Assembly: GCA_035655615.1 (NCBI GenBank)
Contig: DASRUA010000153.1
Location: 1,541 to 65,540 of the forward strand
From: Dermatophilaceae bacterium
GTDB taxonomy: Bacteria > Actinomycetota > Actinomycetes > Actinomycetales > Dermatophilaceae
Direction of reading: 5' to 3'
Length of the DNA: 64,000 nucleotides
Below the pieces are notes generated by a model. That model did no database searches. It had not been told where the DNA came from and was given only the letters and a program-made list of their open reading frames with translations. Numbering within the stretch: position 1 is the first letter of the stretch; each line of letters starts with the position of its first letter. Shown here piece by piece: positions 55,236-64,000 of this stretch. The position numbers were made by a program, and so were the translations under genes.

Positions 55236-56459
55236 TCAGGGGTCAGTGGTCAGGGGGTCTCGCTGGGTCTCCGGCATCACCAGGGTGGACACGAACGCGA
55301 GGCCGGAGACTGCCGCCGTCGCAAGGAACGCCACCTCGAACGACGCCGTGTCGGCGAGTGCCCCGGCGACGAGCGGGCCGAGGAAAGCGCCAGCGTCCGA
55401 GGCCATCTGGAAGGCGGCGACCGGCGTGCCGCCCCGTCCGCCAATGACATCGCCGACCACTGCGGCCGAGGACACCCCGAGCAGTGCCGACCCGGTTCCG
55501 TACAGAGCCATTCCTGCCAGGAAGAGCGGCGCGCCGCCCGCGAACGCCATCGCGACGCCCGCCACCAGCGAGAAGGCCGCCCCTGCGCGCAGGAAAGGGC
55601 GGCGTCCGCGGGTGTCGACCAGCCGACCCGCCGGGATGAGCACCAGCCCCTGCACCGCGGCGGAGAGCACCAGCCCTGCGCCGGTCCACGAGGGACCGAG
55701 GCGCAGCCCTTCAACGACGAACAGAGGGATGAGTGATGAGCGGACCCCGAAGATCGCCCAGCCGACCGCAAAGTTGTTGGCCACGGCCGCCCGGTAGGCC
55801 GAGCTTCGAAGTGCCGTTCCCAGCGGGGTGGGTGCGTGGTCGGCAGTGCCCGCGATGACTTCGTGCTCGCGAAGTGCGGTACGCGCGAGGAACACTGTGG
55901 CCAGGGTCCCGGCGACCAGGAGGGTGGTCGCGTAGACGAAGAAGGGCGCGCGCAGCGACCACGCGGTGAGCGGACCGCCGAAGGCGGGACCTGCGATGGC
56001 CCCCAGCAGGAACCCGGTCTGGTAGGTGCCGGCGGCCCGGCCGCGCTGGTCGGGGGCGACGACTCGCAGGAGAAGCGCGAACGAGGAGACGGTGAACATC
56101 GCCGACCCTAAGCCGCCGATGCCGCGCAGCACCAGGAGCTGGGTGTAGTTGCCGGAGAATCCAGCCAGAAGGCTGGAGACCCCGACGATGCCGATCCCGG
56201 TGGCGAGCACCAGACGTTCGCCGAAGCGGTTGACGAACCGGCCGGCCATCGGTGCGGAGGCGAAGCGCACCAGCGCGAACACCGAGATGACCGCGCCCGC
56301 AGCGAAGTTGCTGACGCCAAAGTCCTTGGCGAACAGCGGAATCGCCGGGGCGACGATCCCGAAGCCTAGGGCCACCGAGAACGCCACCGCGGTGAGGACT
56401 GCCACCTCTGGCGGCAGGGATCCGAAGGGGTTGCGTAGGGCGCGCATACGAGCGCCCAT
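55236..56459 (-). CDS. MFS transporter
   Basis: 407-aa ORF with about 12 TM segments and MFS loop motifs (GRFVNRFGER, LVDTRGRR). Confidence 0.85.
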   Translation of the reverse strand: MGARMRALRNPFGSLPPEVAVLTAVAFSVALGFGIVAPAIPLFAKDFGVSNFAAGAVISVFALVRFASAPMAGRFVNRFGERLVLATGIGIVGVSSLLAGFSGNYTQLLVLRGIGGLGSAMFTVSSFALLLRVVAPDQRGRAAGTYQTGFLLGAIAGPAFGGPLTAWSLRAPFFVYATTLLVAGTLATVFLARTALREHEVIAGTADHAPTPLGTALRSSAYRAAVANNFAVGWAIFGVRSSLIPLFVVEGLRLGPSWTGAGLVLSAAVQGLVLIPAGRLVDTRGRRPFLRAGAAFSLVAGVAMAFAGGAPLFLAGMALYGTGSALLGVSSAAVVGDVIGGRGGTPVAAFQMASDAGAFLGPLVAGALADTASFEVAFLATAAVSGLAFVSTLVMPETQRDPLTTDP

Positions 56460-56644
56460 CCTTGCAGGCCGCGGCGACGGATGCTACGCGGTGGACACGT
56501 GCGACCAGAAGGGGTTGAGATCTCGGGCGTGATCTGAGTGACTGATACCGGACATCCCGCCGAGCCGGCATCGACCTGACAGTTGCCCGATGTTTCTATA
56601 GCGGTCTCATCAAGCAACTGCTAGATTGCACCTAGCATTTTGGC

Positions 56645-57157
56645 TTGCACCCCTCCGGGGGGCCTGTGAGGGGTGGTCTGGTGCGTGGTTCGGCAAATGA
56701 CCAGTTGTACGACGCTTTTGGCGCGTACGTGCGCAGCCAGCGTGAGCTGGCCCAGCTGACGCTACGTCAGGCGGCCGAGCTGGCCCGCATCTCGAATCCT
56801 TACCTGAGCCAGATCGAGCATGGGCTCGCGCTCCCCTCGATCGCGGTCCTCAGTGCCCTCGCCGAGGCGCTCAGCGTGTCGGCCGAGACAATGCTGCTCC
56901 GCGCGGCGGGCATAGCGCGTCCAGACTCAGCAGAGCGGTCAAGCCAGACCGAGGACTCGATCCGCCAGGATCCTCGGCTGGACTACAGCCAGAAGCATGC
57001 CTTGCTTGCGGTGCTGGCGTCGTTCGTGGGCTCGTCCCCGGAGGCGGCGCCAGCTGAGTCTGCGCAGGTCATGGCGCGCCGCGATACACCAGCACGTACG
57101 TCCGTTCGACCGGCAGCCGCTGGTCGAGCCGCGAGTCATCGACGAAAAGGGGTATGA
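56645..57157 (+). CDS. XRE-family helix-turn-helix transcriptional regulator
   Basis: The HTH reads LTLRQAAELARISNPYLSQIEHG. The start is uncertain (TTG 56645, or GTG near 56682). The stop overlaps the next gene. Confidence 0.7.
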   Translation: MHPSGGPVRGGLVRGSANDQLYDAFGAYVRSQRELAQLTLRQAAELARISNPYLSQIEHGLALPSIAVLSALAEALSVSAETMLLRAAGIARPDSAERSSQTEDSIRQDPRLDYSQKHALLAVLASFVGSSPEAAPAESAQVMARRDTPARTSVRPAAAGRAASHRRKGV

Positions 57158-58068
57158 CTATGTCTGATCTGCGTTTTGACGGGCGGGTAGCCATCATCAC
57201 CGGGGCCGGTGGGGGCCTTGGGCGCAGTCACGCGCTCCAGCTCGCCCGCCGGGGGGCCCACGTCCTGGTGAACGACCTTGGTGGCGCCGTGGACGGCAGC
57301 GGCTCCTCGATGACCGCCGCAGACCGGGTCGTCGACGAGATCACCGCCTTCGGTGGCAGCGCGGCGGCCAACCATGACAGCGTGGCCACCGCTTCAGGGG
57401 GGCAGGCGATCGTGCAGGCCGCGGTCGATGCGTTCGGCCGTGTCGACATCTTGGTCAACAACGCGGGCATCCTGCGCGACAAGGCCTTCCACAAGATGGA
57501 CGACACCATGATTCAGTCGGTGATCGACGTCCACCTCAAGGGAGCTCTCTACGTCAGCCAGCCGGCCTATCGCCTGATGCGCGAGCAAGGCTACGGCCGC
57601 ATCGTCAACACGAGCTCGGCCTCGGGCCTTTTCGGCAACTTCGGTCAGGCCAACTACGGCGCGGCCAAAGCAGGCCTGGCCGGGTTGACCCGGGTCCTCG
57701 CGCTCGAGGGTGCCAGCCACGGCATCAAGGTCAACGCCATAGCGCCGATTGCGGCCACCCGGATGACCCAGGACATTTTGGGGACCCTCGCCGACAAGGT
57801 CTCGCCCGACTCGGTGAGCCCTTTGGTCGCCTACCTTGCGCATGAAGAGTGTGCGGTCAACGGACACGTCTACTCGGTGGCGGGTGGCCGGATCGCGAGG
57901 ATCTTCGTCGCCGAGACATACGGCGTCGTGCTCGGCGAGAACACCCCCGAGGAGATCCGCTCCAAGCTGTCATTGATCGACGTGATGGACGGCGAGCGGT
58001 ACCACCTGCCTTCGTCGCTGGAGGACGAAACCACGATCATCGCGAAGGCGCTGTCGGAGGTTTCCTAA
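57154..58068 (+). CDS. SDR-family oxidoreductase (3-hydroxyacyl-CoA dehydrogenase-like)
   Basis: 304-aa ORF with TGAGGGLG, NNAGI and the YGAAK catalytic motif. Confidence 0.85.
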   Translation: MTMSDLRFDGRVAIITGAGGGLGRSHALQLARRGAHVLVNDLGGAVDGSGSSMTAADRVVDEITAFGGSAAANHDSVATASGGQAIVQAAVDAFGRVDILVNNAGILRDKAFHKMDDTMIQSVIDVHLKGALYVSQPAYRLMREQGYGRIVNTSSASGLFGNFGQANYGAAKAGLAGLTRVLALEGASHGIKVNAIAPIAATRMTQDILGTLADKVSPDSVSPLVAYLAHEECAVNGHVYSVAGGRIARIFVAETYGVVLGENTPEEIRSKLSLIDVMDGERYHLPSSLEDETTIIAKALSEVS

Positions 58069-58127
58069 AGGCGCCGGCTGGTCGGGCGACGCTCAGCGAT
58101 CCCGACCAGCCGGTAATGCTTGCCGTG

Positions 58128-59003
58128 TCAGGCGTTTCGACGACCCAGGAGCACTGCGGCCACTGTGAGGAGGACGGCGACCCAGACCACCAGGACCGCG
58201 AAGCCCTGCCACGGGCCGAGGACCGCACCCACTGCGTCCTGGGACCTCGCAACCTTGGACATCAGGTCGATCTGGGCCTGGGGCGTCATGATCTTGGAAC
58301 CGGCGGTGCCGGGCAGGAAGGGGCTGATCAGCTGGAACGGCTTCCACGGGAACAGGAACACGTTCTCGATCACGAGGAGCAGGCCCAGCACTGTCGCGAG
58401 CGCGGCTGCCGAGTGCCGGAGGATGGCACCGATGGCGAAGGCAAACAAGGCGATGGCAGTGAGATAGAGAGGGACTCCCACCAGGACGCGCACTGTGTCG
58501 GCTTTACCGAGGTCGGGTGCCTGTCCGTTGCCGCCGAGGATCATTTGCATGACTGCCAGCGAGATCGCCACCGCGACGCTGGAGACCACAAAGATAGAGG
58601 CGGCGAGGACGACACCCTTGGCCCACAGGGCGGGCAGGCGCCGCGGCACGGCGGCCAGAGTCGAGCGGATCATCCTGGTGGAGTATTCACCCGTGATCAC
58701 GAGCACGCCGAGGATCGTTACGGCGAGCTGGGCCATACCGGTCGCCAGCGTGAGCACGACGATGCTGCTGCCGTCGCCCTGTTCACCGCCTTTGGACTGC
58801 GATGCGCCCACGGCCGAGAGCAGAGTCACGATCCCGACCATGACGACGAGCGTGATCGCCAGCGTCCAGATCGTGGAACGCAGGGTCCGGAACTTGATCC
58901 ACTCGGACCTGACGACCCGCGGGAAGGTCAGGCGCACGTCGTCGAGGGGCGGGCTCTCTTGCGGCGTGGTCGTCTTGGGGGAGGTGAGGGTGCCGGTGCT
59001 CAT
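58128..59003 (-). CDS. ABC-2 type transporter permease
   Basis: ATG 59003 is in frame with ORF 58128..59327 and overlaps the ATPase stop (ATGA). The protein carries SEWIKFRTLRST and six TM segments. Confidence 0.8.
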   Translation of the reverse strand: MSTGTLTSPKTTTPQESPPLDDVRLTFPRVVRSEWIKFRTLRSTIWTLAITLVVMVGIVTLLSAVGASQSKGGEQGDGSSIVVLTLATGMAQLAVTILGVLVITGEYSTRMIRSTLAAVPRRLPALWAKGVVLAASIFVVSSVAVAISLAVMQMILGGNGQAPDLGKADTVRVLVGVPLYLTAIALFAFAIGAILRHSAAALATVLGLLLVIENVFLFPWKPFQLISPFLPGTAGSKIMTPQAQIDLMSKVARSQDAVGAVLGPWQGFAVLVVWVAVLLTVAAVLLGRRNA

Positions 59004-60037
59004 CGGATCGAGCCTTCCGTGTGGGACTGCGGGACGTCTGCGCCGAAGATGTCGGGGGGCGGGACGTGCGCACCGGTGTGGTCGGCGGGCAGACCGGCGG
59101 TGGTCGAGTGGTACTCGACCGAGTCCTGGGTGAGGGCCATGTAGGCCGCCTCCAGGGAGCCGGCCACGGGGGTCAGCTCGTGGAGCACCAGCTGGGCGGC
59201 GGCGGCGGCCTCGCCGATGGCCTGGGCTGTGCTGCCGGTGACCTCGAGCCACTGCGGAGTCGTCGACGTGATGGTGACCCCTGGTCCGGCGAGCAGCTCG
59301 ACAAGCCGGCTCGCCTGAGGGCTGCACACGCGCACTGTGGTGCCGGCTGCACGGCCGACGATGTCGGCAACCGGTGCGTCCGCGAGCACCCGCCCGCGGC
59401 CCAGAACGATGATGTGGTCGGCGGTGAGTGCCATCTCGCTCATCAGGTGCGAGGAGAGGAATACGGTGCGTCCCTGTCCGGCGAGGTAGCGCACGAGGTT
59501 GCGCACCCAGACGACTCCCTCGGGGTCGAGTCCATTGACCGGTTCGTCGAGGATCAGGGTGTGCGGGTCGCCGAGCAGTGCGGACGCGATGCCCAGGCGC
59601 TGTCCCATGCCGAGCGAGAAGCCACCCACCCTTTTCTTCGCGACGGGTTCAAGCCCGGTCATCTCGATGACCTCCAGGACGCGGGTCTTGCCGACGCCGT
59701 GCGTGGCGCCCATCGCCAGCAGGTGGTTGTACGCGCTGCGCCCGGTGTGCACGGCCTTCGCGTCGAGTAGTGCGCCGACCTCGCGCAGGGGGGCGCGGTG
59801 CTGGGCGTACTTGCGGCCGTTTACGGTCACCGTGCCGTGGGTGGGGCGGTCCAGACCGACGATCATCCGCATCGTGGTGGATTTCCCGGCGCCGTTCGGG
59901 CCGAGAAATCCGGTGACTCTGCCGGGATGCACGGTGAACGTGACATCGTCGACCGCCGTCTTCGATCCGTATCGTTTGGTCAGGCCCTGGGCCTCGATCA
60001 TCGGTGGGAATCCTTCGTGATTGTCGGGAGCTTCCAC
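59000..60037 (-). CDS. ABC transporter ATP-binding protein
   Basis: Walker A GPNGAGKST, signature FSLGMGQR and Walker B LILDEP. An alternative ATG start lies at 60001 (MIEAQGLTKRYG). Confidence 0.88.
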   Translation of the reverse strand: MEAPDNHEGFPPMIEAQGLTKRYGSKTAVDDVTFTVHPGRVTGFLGPNGAGKSTTMRMIVGLDRPTHGTVTVNGRKYAQHRAPLREVGALLDAKAVHTGRSAYNHLLAMGATHGVGKTRVLEVIEMTGLEPVAKKRVGGFSLGMGQRLGIASALLGDPHTLILDEPVNGLDPEGVVWVRNLVRYLAGQGRTVFLSSHLMSEMALTADHIIVLGRGRVLADAPVADIVGRAAGTTVRVCSPQASRLVELLAGPGVTITSTTPQWLEVTGSTAQAIGEAAAAAQLVLHELTPVAGSLEAAYMALTQDSVEYHSTTAGLPADHTGAHVPPPDIFGADVPQSHTEGSIR

Positions 60038-60106
60038 CCAAAGGCTAGATGTGGCAGCAGATCCGCGGGCAGGCAGTCCACGAAAGGGAGCCCGCCCGAT
60101 TGAGCG

Positions 60107-61624
60107 TCAGCGGGCAGGCTGTTCCTCCCACCCCTTGCTGCGTTCGACCGCTTTCAACCACTGCCGGTATGCCGCGTCGGCCGCCTTGCGCGCACCACGG
60201 CCGGGCTCGAAGCGCCGTTCCAGCGCCCAGGTCGCGGCGATCTCCTCCTGGCTGGACCACACACCGGTGCCCAGACCGGCCAGGAACGCCGCGCCCAGGC
60301 CGGTGGTTTCGGCGATTCTGGGGCGTTCGACCGGCACGCCGAGCTGATCCGCCTGCATCTGCATGAGGAGGGAGTTCTCGCTTGCCCCACCGTCGACGCG
60401 CAGCACGGGGATCGGTGTCTCGATGGTGTCGAAGACGTCGCGCACCTCGAAGGCGATCGCCTCCAGAGTGGCCCGGACCAGGTGAGCACGGGTGGTGCCG
60501 CGGGTGATTCCGTGGATGGAGCCTCGCGCCTGCGGATCCCAGTGTGGGGCGCCCAGGCCGGTCAGCGCCGGCACGAAGACCACCCCCTGCGAGTCCCTGA
60601 CGGTGTTCGCGATGGCTGCCGTCTCCGCCGCGGACCCGATGATCTGCAGGCCGTCACGCAGCCATTGGACCGCCGCCCCGGTAACGAAGATCGCGCCCTC
60701 CAGTGCATAGGTCAACCTGGCATCGGGCCCCTGCCAGGCGACCGTTGACAGCAGACCGGCGTGGCTGCGCTGCAACGTCTTTCCTGTGTTCACCAGGATG
60801 AACGAGCCTGTGCCGTAGGTGCACTTGGCCTCACCGACGCCAAAGCAGGCCTGTCCGAACAGGGCAGCCTGCTGGTCGCCGGCCATCCCGGAGATCGGGG
60901 CCTCAATGCCCAGGAAGGCCGCAGGGTCGGTGCGGGCGAACTCACCCCAGTTGGGCACCACTTCCGGCAGGGCGCCGATCGGAACCCCCAGCAGATCGCA
61001 GAGCTCGGCCGACCAGCCGCCCTGCTGCACGTCATACAGCAGGGTTCGTGAGGCGTTCGAGGCATCGGTGACATGCGCGGCGCCGCTGGTCATCCGGGCG
61101 ACCAGGTAGGAGTCGACGGTGCCGACGGCCACCCGGCCGGACAGGACCCCAGCCCATGCCCGGCGGTCGTTCTCGCGTAACCAGGTCAGCTTGGTCCCGG
61201 TGAAGTACGGGTCCAGCCGCAGACCGGTCAGCTCGGTGACGCGCGCGCCATGGCCGGCGGACTCCAGGCGCTCACAGATCGCCGCGGTGCGCCGATCCTG
61301 CCAGACGATGGCACGCCGAGGCGCGGCCAGCGTATGCCGGTCCCACAGGACCGCGGTCTCGCGCTGGTTGGTGATGCCCACCGCCCGAACGACGGCGTCG
61401 GGAGCCGCGTCAAGGGCGACCCTGGTCGCGGTCTGGGTGGCCTGCCAGATCTCCTCGGGGGCATGCTCGACCCACCCCGGGTGAGGGAAGTGCTGGGCGA
61501 ACTCGGCATGGCCACGGGCGATGATCTCGGCCTCGGCGGTAACCAGCAGAACGGTGACCCCGCTGGTGCCGGCATCGACTGAGAGGACCACCTCGACCCG
61601 TCCGACGTCCGCCTGCCGGCTCAC
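60107..61624 (-). CDS. glpK: glycerol kinase
   Basis: 505-aa FGGY-family ORF with ITNQRETAVLWD, YGTGSF and LRVDGGAS. Confidence 0.92.
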   Translation of the reverse strand: MSRQADVGRVEVVLSVDAGTSGVTVLLVTAEAEIIARGHAEFAQHFPHPGWVEHAPEEIWQATQTATRVALDAAPDAVVRAVGITNQRETAVLWDRHTLAAPRRAIVWQDRRTAAICERLESAGHGARVTELTGLRLDPYFTGTKLTWLRENDRRAWAGVLSGRVAVGTVDSYLVARMTSGAAHVTDASNASRTLLYDVQQGGWSAELCDLLGVPIGALPEVVPNWGEFARTDPAAFLGIEAPISGMAGDQQAALFGQACFGVGEAKCTYGTGSFILVNTGKTLQRSHAGLLSTVAWQGPDARLTYALEGAIFVTGAAVQWLRDGLQIIGSAAETAAIANTVRDSQGVVFVPALTGLGAPHWDPQARGSIHGITRGTTRAHLVRATLEAIAFEVRDVFDTIETPIPVLRVDGGASENSLLMQMQADQLGVPVERPRIAETTGLGAAFLAGLGTGVWSSQEEIAATWALERRFEPGRGARKAADAAYRQWLKAVERSKGWEEQPAR

Positions 61625-62445
61625 GCGACGGCCTCACGCAACGCCTGGAGCACCCGGCTGTCGATCCCGTCCGGGGTCATCCGCATCTCGAAGTTGGCCT
61701 CGCCCGCCCAGTCGTCCAGGGCGTCGTGGATATCGGGTTGAGTTCTCCCGAGGGCCGCCAGATGCCGGCGCACCTCATCGGCCAGGGGGCCCTCCAACGC
61801 CAGCACCGTCTCGGCGGAGCCGAAGTAGAGATCGTGCAGATCCAGCAGGCGGGCCAGCTCGTCGGCGGCGCCGGGATGGTCATCGACGCGAAGGTCGGCC
61901 AGGACGCCGCAGTGGTCGTACCCGGCGCCGGGCGCCACGGCATACAGGGCGGCGGACTGACGTCCTCGTTTGTCCCCGCCCGCGTGGTCGCCGGCCAGCA
62001 GCGCCCGCATCAGCCGCGGAGCCATGGGCAGGTGAGGGTTGTCGAGCCATGCCCGCTCCATGTCCAGGACGACTCTCTGACCCACCAGGATGTTGCCCTG
62101 GATGGCATACCCGCCTTCTTTGTCGCCGCCGCAGCGACCTCCTGCCCAGTCCATGCAGTCTGCTCCGGTGAAGGTGCTCTGGTCCGTGGCGGCAACCACG
62201 CCGAGCTGACGGTCCTGGCGTCCCTCGTCCGGCGAGGTGAGTCTGGCAACCGTGTCCACGGCGCTCGCCCCTTCTGCCAGTAACGCCAGGCCGTCCGACG
62301 CATACGACACCTTGGCCATGGCCTGGGTGGCGACCGCGCCGACGCCAAGCCGGGCCGCCGGGACGACGGAACCAACGGCGATGAACTTGCTGGCCACCGC
62401 CACGCCGTAGGCATCACCAATACGGGCCACGATCGAGAAGGTCAT
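61621..62445 (-). CDS. DUF1028 (Ntn-hydrolase fold) protein with C-terminal peptidoglycan-binding-like domain
   Basis: ATG 62445 is in frame with ORF 61621..62718. The MTFSIVA N-terminus is typical of this family. The start overlaps the glpK stop. Confidence 0.78.
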   Translation of the reverse strand: MTFSIVARIGDAYGVAVASKFIAVGSVVPAARLGVGAVATQAMAKVSYASDGLALLAEGASAVDTVARLTSPDEGRQDRQLGVVAATDQSTFTGADCMDWAGGRCGGDKEGGYAIQGNILVGQRVVLDMERAWLDNPHLPMAPRLMRALLAGDHAGGDKRGRQSAALYAVAPGAGYDHCGVLADLRVDDHPGAADELARLLDLHDLYFGSAETVLALEGPLADEVRRHLAALGRTQPDIHDALDDWAGEANFEMRMTPDGIDSRVLQALREAVA

Positions 62446-62497
62446 GCCAGCGACCCTAGCGACGGAGGGCCCGCAAGTCACAGGTAGATTGGCTGCC

Positions 62498-63523
62498 ATG
62501 CGAATCGGAATGTTGACAGGTGGCGGAGATTGTCCGGGACTGAACGCGGTTATCCGGGCGGCGGTGATCAGGGGCGTCCAGGCGTACGGCCATGAGTTCG
62601 TTGGCTTCCGCGATGGCTGGAAGGGCCCGCTGGAGGGTCTGATCCGCCCGCTCGGCGTCACCGACGTCCAGGGGATCCTGGCACAGGGCGGCACCATCCT
62701 CGGTTCCTCGCGGACCAACCCCTACAAGGTCGACGGTGGGCTGGATCGGATCCGGACGAACATCCAGGATGCCGGCATCGACGCGCTGATCGCCATCGGC
62801 GGCGAGGACACGCTCGGCGTCGCCAAGAAGCTCACCGACGATGGGCTCGGCGTCGTCGGGGGGCCCAAGACGATTGACAACGACCTGTCCGCTACGGACT
62901 ACACCTTCGGTTTCGACACCGCGGTGATGATCGCGACCGAGGCGATCGACAGGGTGCGCACGACCGCCCAGTCGCACCATCGCGCGCTCGTCGTCGAGGT
63001 CATGGGCCGGCACGCCGGCTGGATCGCCCTGCATGCCGGGATGGCAGGGGGAGCCAACGTGATCCTGGTGCCCGAGCGTGAGTTCGACATCGAGAAGGTT
63101 GCCGCCCAGGTGCTTGCCTGCTTCGACCGGGGTGTGGCGCCGATCGTGGTGACCTCCGAGGGCGCGCTGCCGATCGGTGGCGCCGAGTCTCTCAAGACCG
63201 GTGAGCTCGATGCCTTTGGCCACATCCGCCTTGGCGGGATCGCCGACTGGCTGGCCGACGAGATCGAGAAGCGCACCGGGATCGAGACCCGTTCCGTGAT
63301 CCTGGGCCACCTGCAACGTGGCGGCACGCCCACGGCATTCGATCGCGTCCTGTCCACCCGGTTCGGCCTGCATGCCGCTGACGCCGTTCACGACAAGGAC
63401 TTCGGCAAGATGGTCGCGCTGCACGGCACCGACATCGTGCGGGTTCCGTTGGCCGAGGCGGTCGGGACGCTCAAGACGGTGCCACCGGAGCGGATGACCG
63501 AGGCTGAGGTCTTCTTCGGCTGA
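62498..63523 (+). CDS. pfkA: 6-phosphofructokinase
   Basis: ATG 62498 is in frame with ORF 62444..63523. The protein carries GMLTGGGDCPGLNAVIR, GGEDTLG, PKTIDND and MGRHAG. Confidence 0.9.
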   Translation: MRIGMLTGGGDCPGLNAVIRAAVIRGVQAYGHEFVGFRDGWKGPLEGLIRPLGVTDVQGILAQGGTILGSSRTNPYKVDGGLDRIRTNIQDAGIDALIAIGGEDTLGVAKKLTDDGLGVVGGPKTIDNDLSATDYTFGFDTAVMIATEAIDRVRTTAQSHHRALVVEVMGRHAGWIALHAGMAGGANVILVPEREFDIEKVAAQVLACFDRGVAPIVVTSEGALPIGGAESLKTGELDAFGHIRLGGIADWLADEIEKRTGIETRSVILGHLQRGGTPTAFDRVLSTRFGLHAADAVHDKDFGKMVALHGTDIVRVPLAEAVGTLKTVPPERMTEAEVFFG

Positions 63524-63539
63524 CATCGACCGAGCAGAC

Positions 63540-63577
63540 CTGGTTGGCGACCCAAACCCTGGGCGCCAACCAGTTTT
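63540..63577 (+). terminator. rho-independent terminator of pfkA
   Basis: 10-bp perfect stem CTGGTTGGCG / CGCCAACCAG with a 14-nt loop, followed by TTTT. Confidence 0.65.
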
Positions 63578-63605
63578 GTCGATATGAGCAACTAGGCTTG
63601 GAGAC

Positions 63606-64000
63606 GTGAGCAACCCAGCCAGAATCGACGCGACCCCTGACGTTATCGCCGGCCTTGATGCCTGGCGTGCCCTGCCCGCCGCCCAACAGCCCGTGTGGCC
63701 GGATCCGGAGGCGCTCGCCACGGCTGTCCGGACGTTGTCGAGCTACCCGCCGCTTGTCTTCGCCGGTGAGTGCGACGTGCTCAAGGCGCGGCTCGGCGAG
63801 GCGGCGGTCGGCAAGGCGTTCGTTCTCCAGGGAGGCGACTGCGCCGAGACTTTTGCCTCGGCCACTGCCGACAACATTCGCGACCGGATCAAGACGATCC
63901 TTCAGATGGCGGCAGTTCTGACATATGGCGCGAGCATGCCGGTGATCAAGGTCGGCCGGATCGCGGGCCAGTTCGCCAAGCCGCGCAGCAGCAACGACGA
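63606..64000 (+). CDS. aroG: class II 3-deoxy-7-phosphoheptulonate (DAHP) synthase, 5' partial (runs off window)
   Basis: Not in the ORF track because there is no stop in the window. My translation from GTG 63606 reads VSNPARIDA...PAAQQPVWPDPEAL...FVLQGGDCAETF...LQMAAVLTYGASMPVIKVGRIAGQFAKPRSS, which matches the class II DAHPS pattern. Confidence 0.87.
   Translation, partial: MSNPARIDATPDVIAGLDAWRALPAAQQPVWPDPEALATAVRTLSSYPPLVFAGECDVLKARLGEAAVGKAFVLQGGDCAETFASATADNIRDRIKTILQMAAVLTYGASMPVIKVGRIAGQFAKPRSSND

Overview
This is a high-GC actinobacterial chromosomal segment, about two-thirds G+C by eye, and it is densely coding. I found no rRNA gene, tRNA gene or CRISPR array. Gene content and order resemble the Mycobacterium tuberculosis Rv2178c-Rv2213 core region (synteny recalled from memory).

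Gene content, in order along the window:
- pepA and gcvT.
- A late cobalamin cluster (cobS, cobU, cobQ, cobT, cysG-like).
- nadA, glycerate kinase, erpA and adenosine kinase.
- The respiratory supercomplex genes: ctaC-ctaD-ctaF, qcrCAB and ctaE.
- trpD, an Rv2191-like exonuclease and fadD15.
- An SRPBCC/ArsA-like cluster, two ROK kinases and plsC.
- lhgO, an ABC-2 exporter, glpK, pfkA and the 5' end of class II DAHP synthase.

Many genes overlap at their stop/start codons (ATGA or GTGA), which implies operons.

Non-core content is small but real:
- A dead IS3-family element whose transposase is split by a 417-bp MITE-like insertion. The insertion is built from 8 copies of a 9-mer.
- An orphan, translationally coupled pair of contractile-tail tube-like genes at 53.1-53.9 kb, with no other tail genes nearby.
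- An old tandem segmental duplication that produced two L,D-transpeptidase paralogs and left relics of both flanking genes at the junction.
- A truncated PAS gene in a locally AT-richer patch.
- An unusual number of short intergenic tandem repeats with 7-, 10-, 13-, 14-, about 27- and about 31-bp units. Several of them duplicate gene termini.

I see no complete novel multi-gene system. The tail-tube pair and the MITE-like element are the best candidates for follow-up. All protein calls come from reading motifs in the supplied translations, not from database searches.
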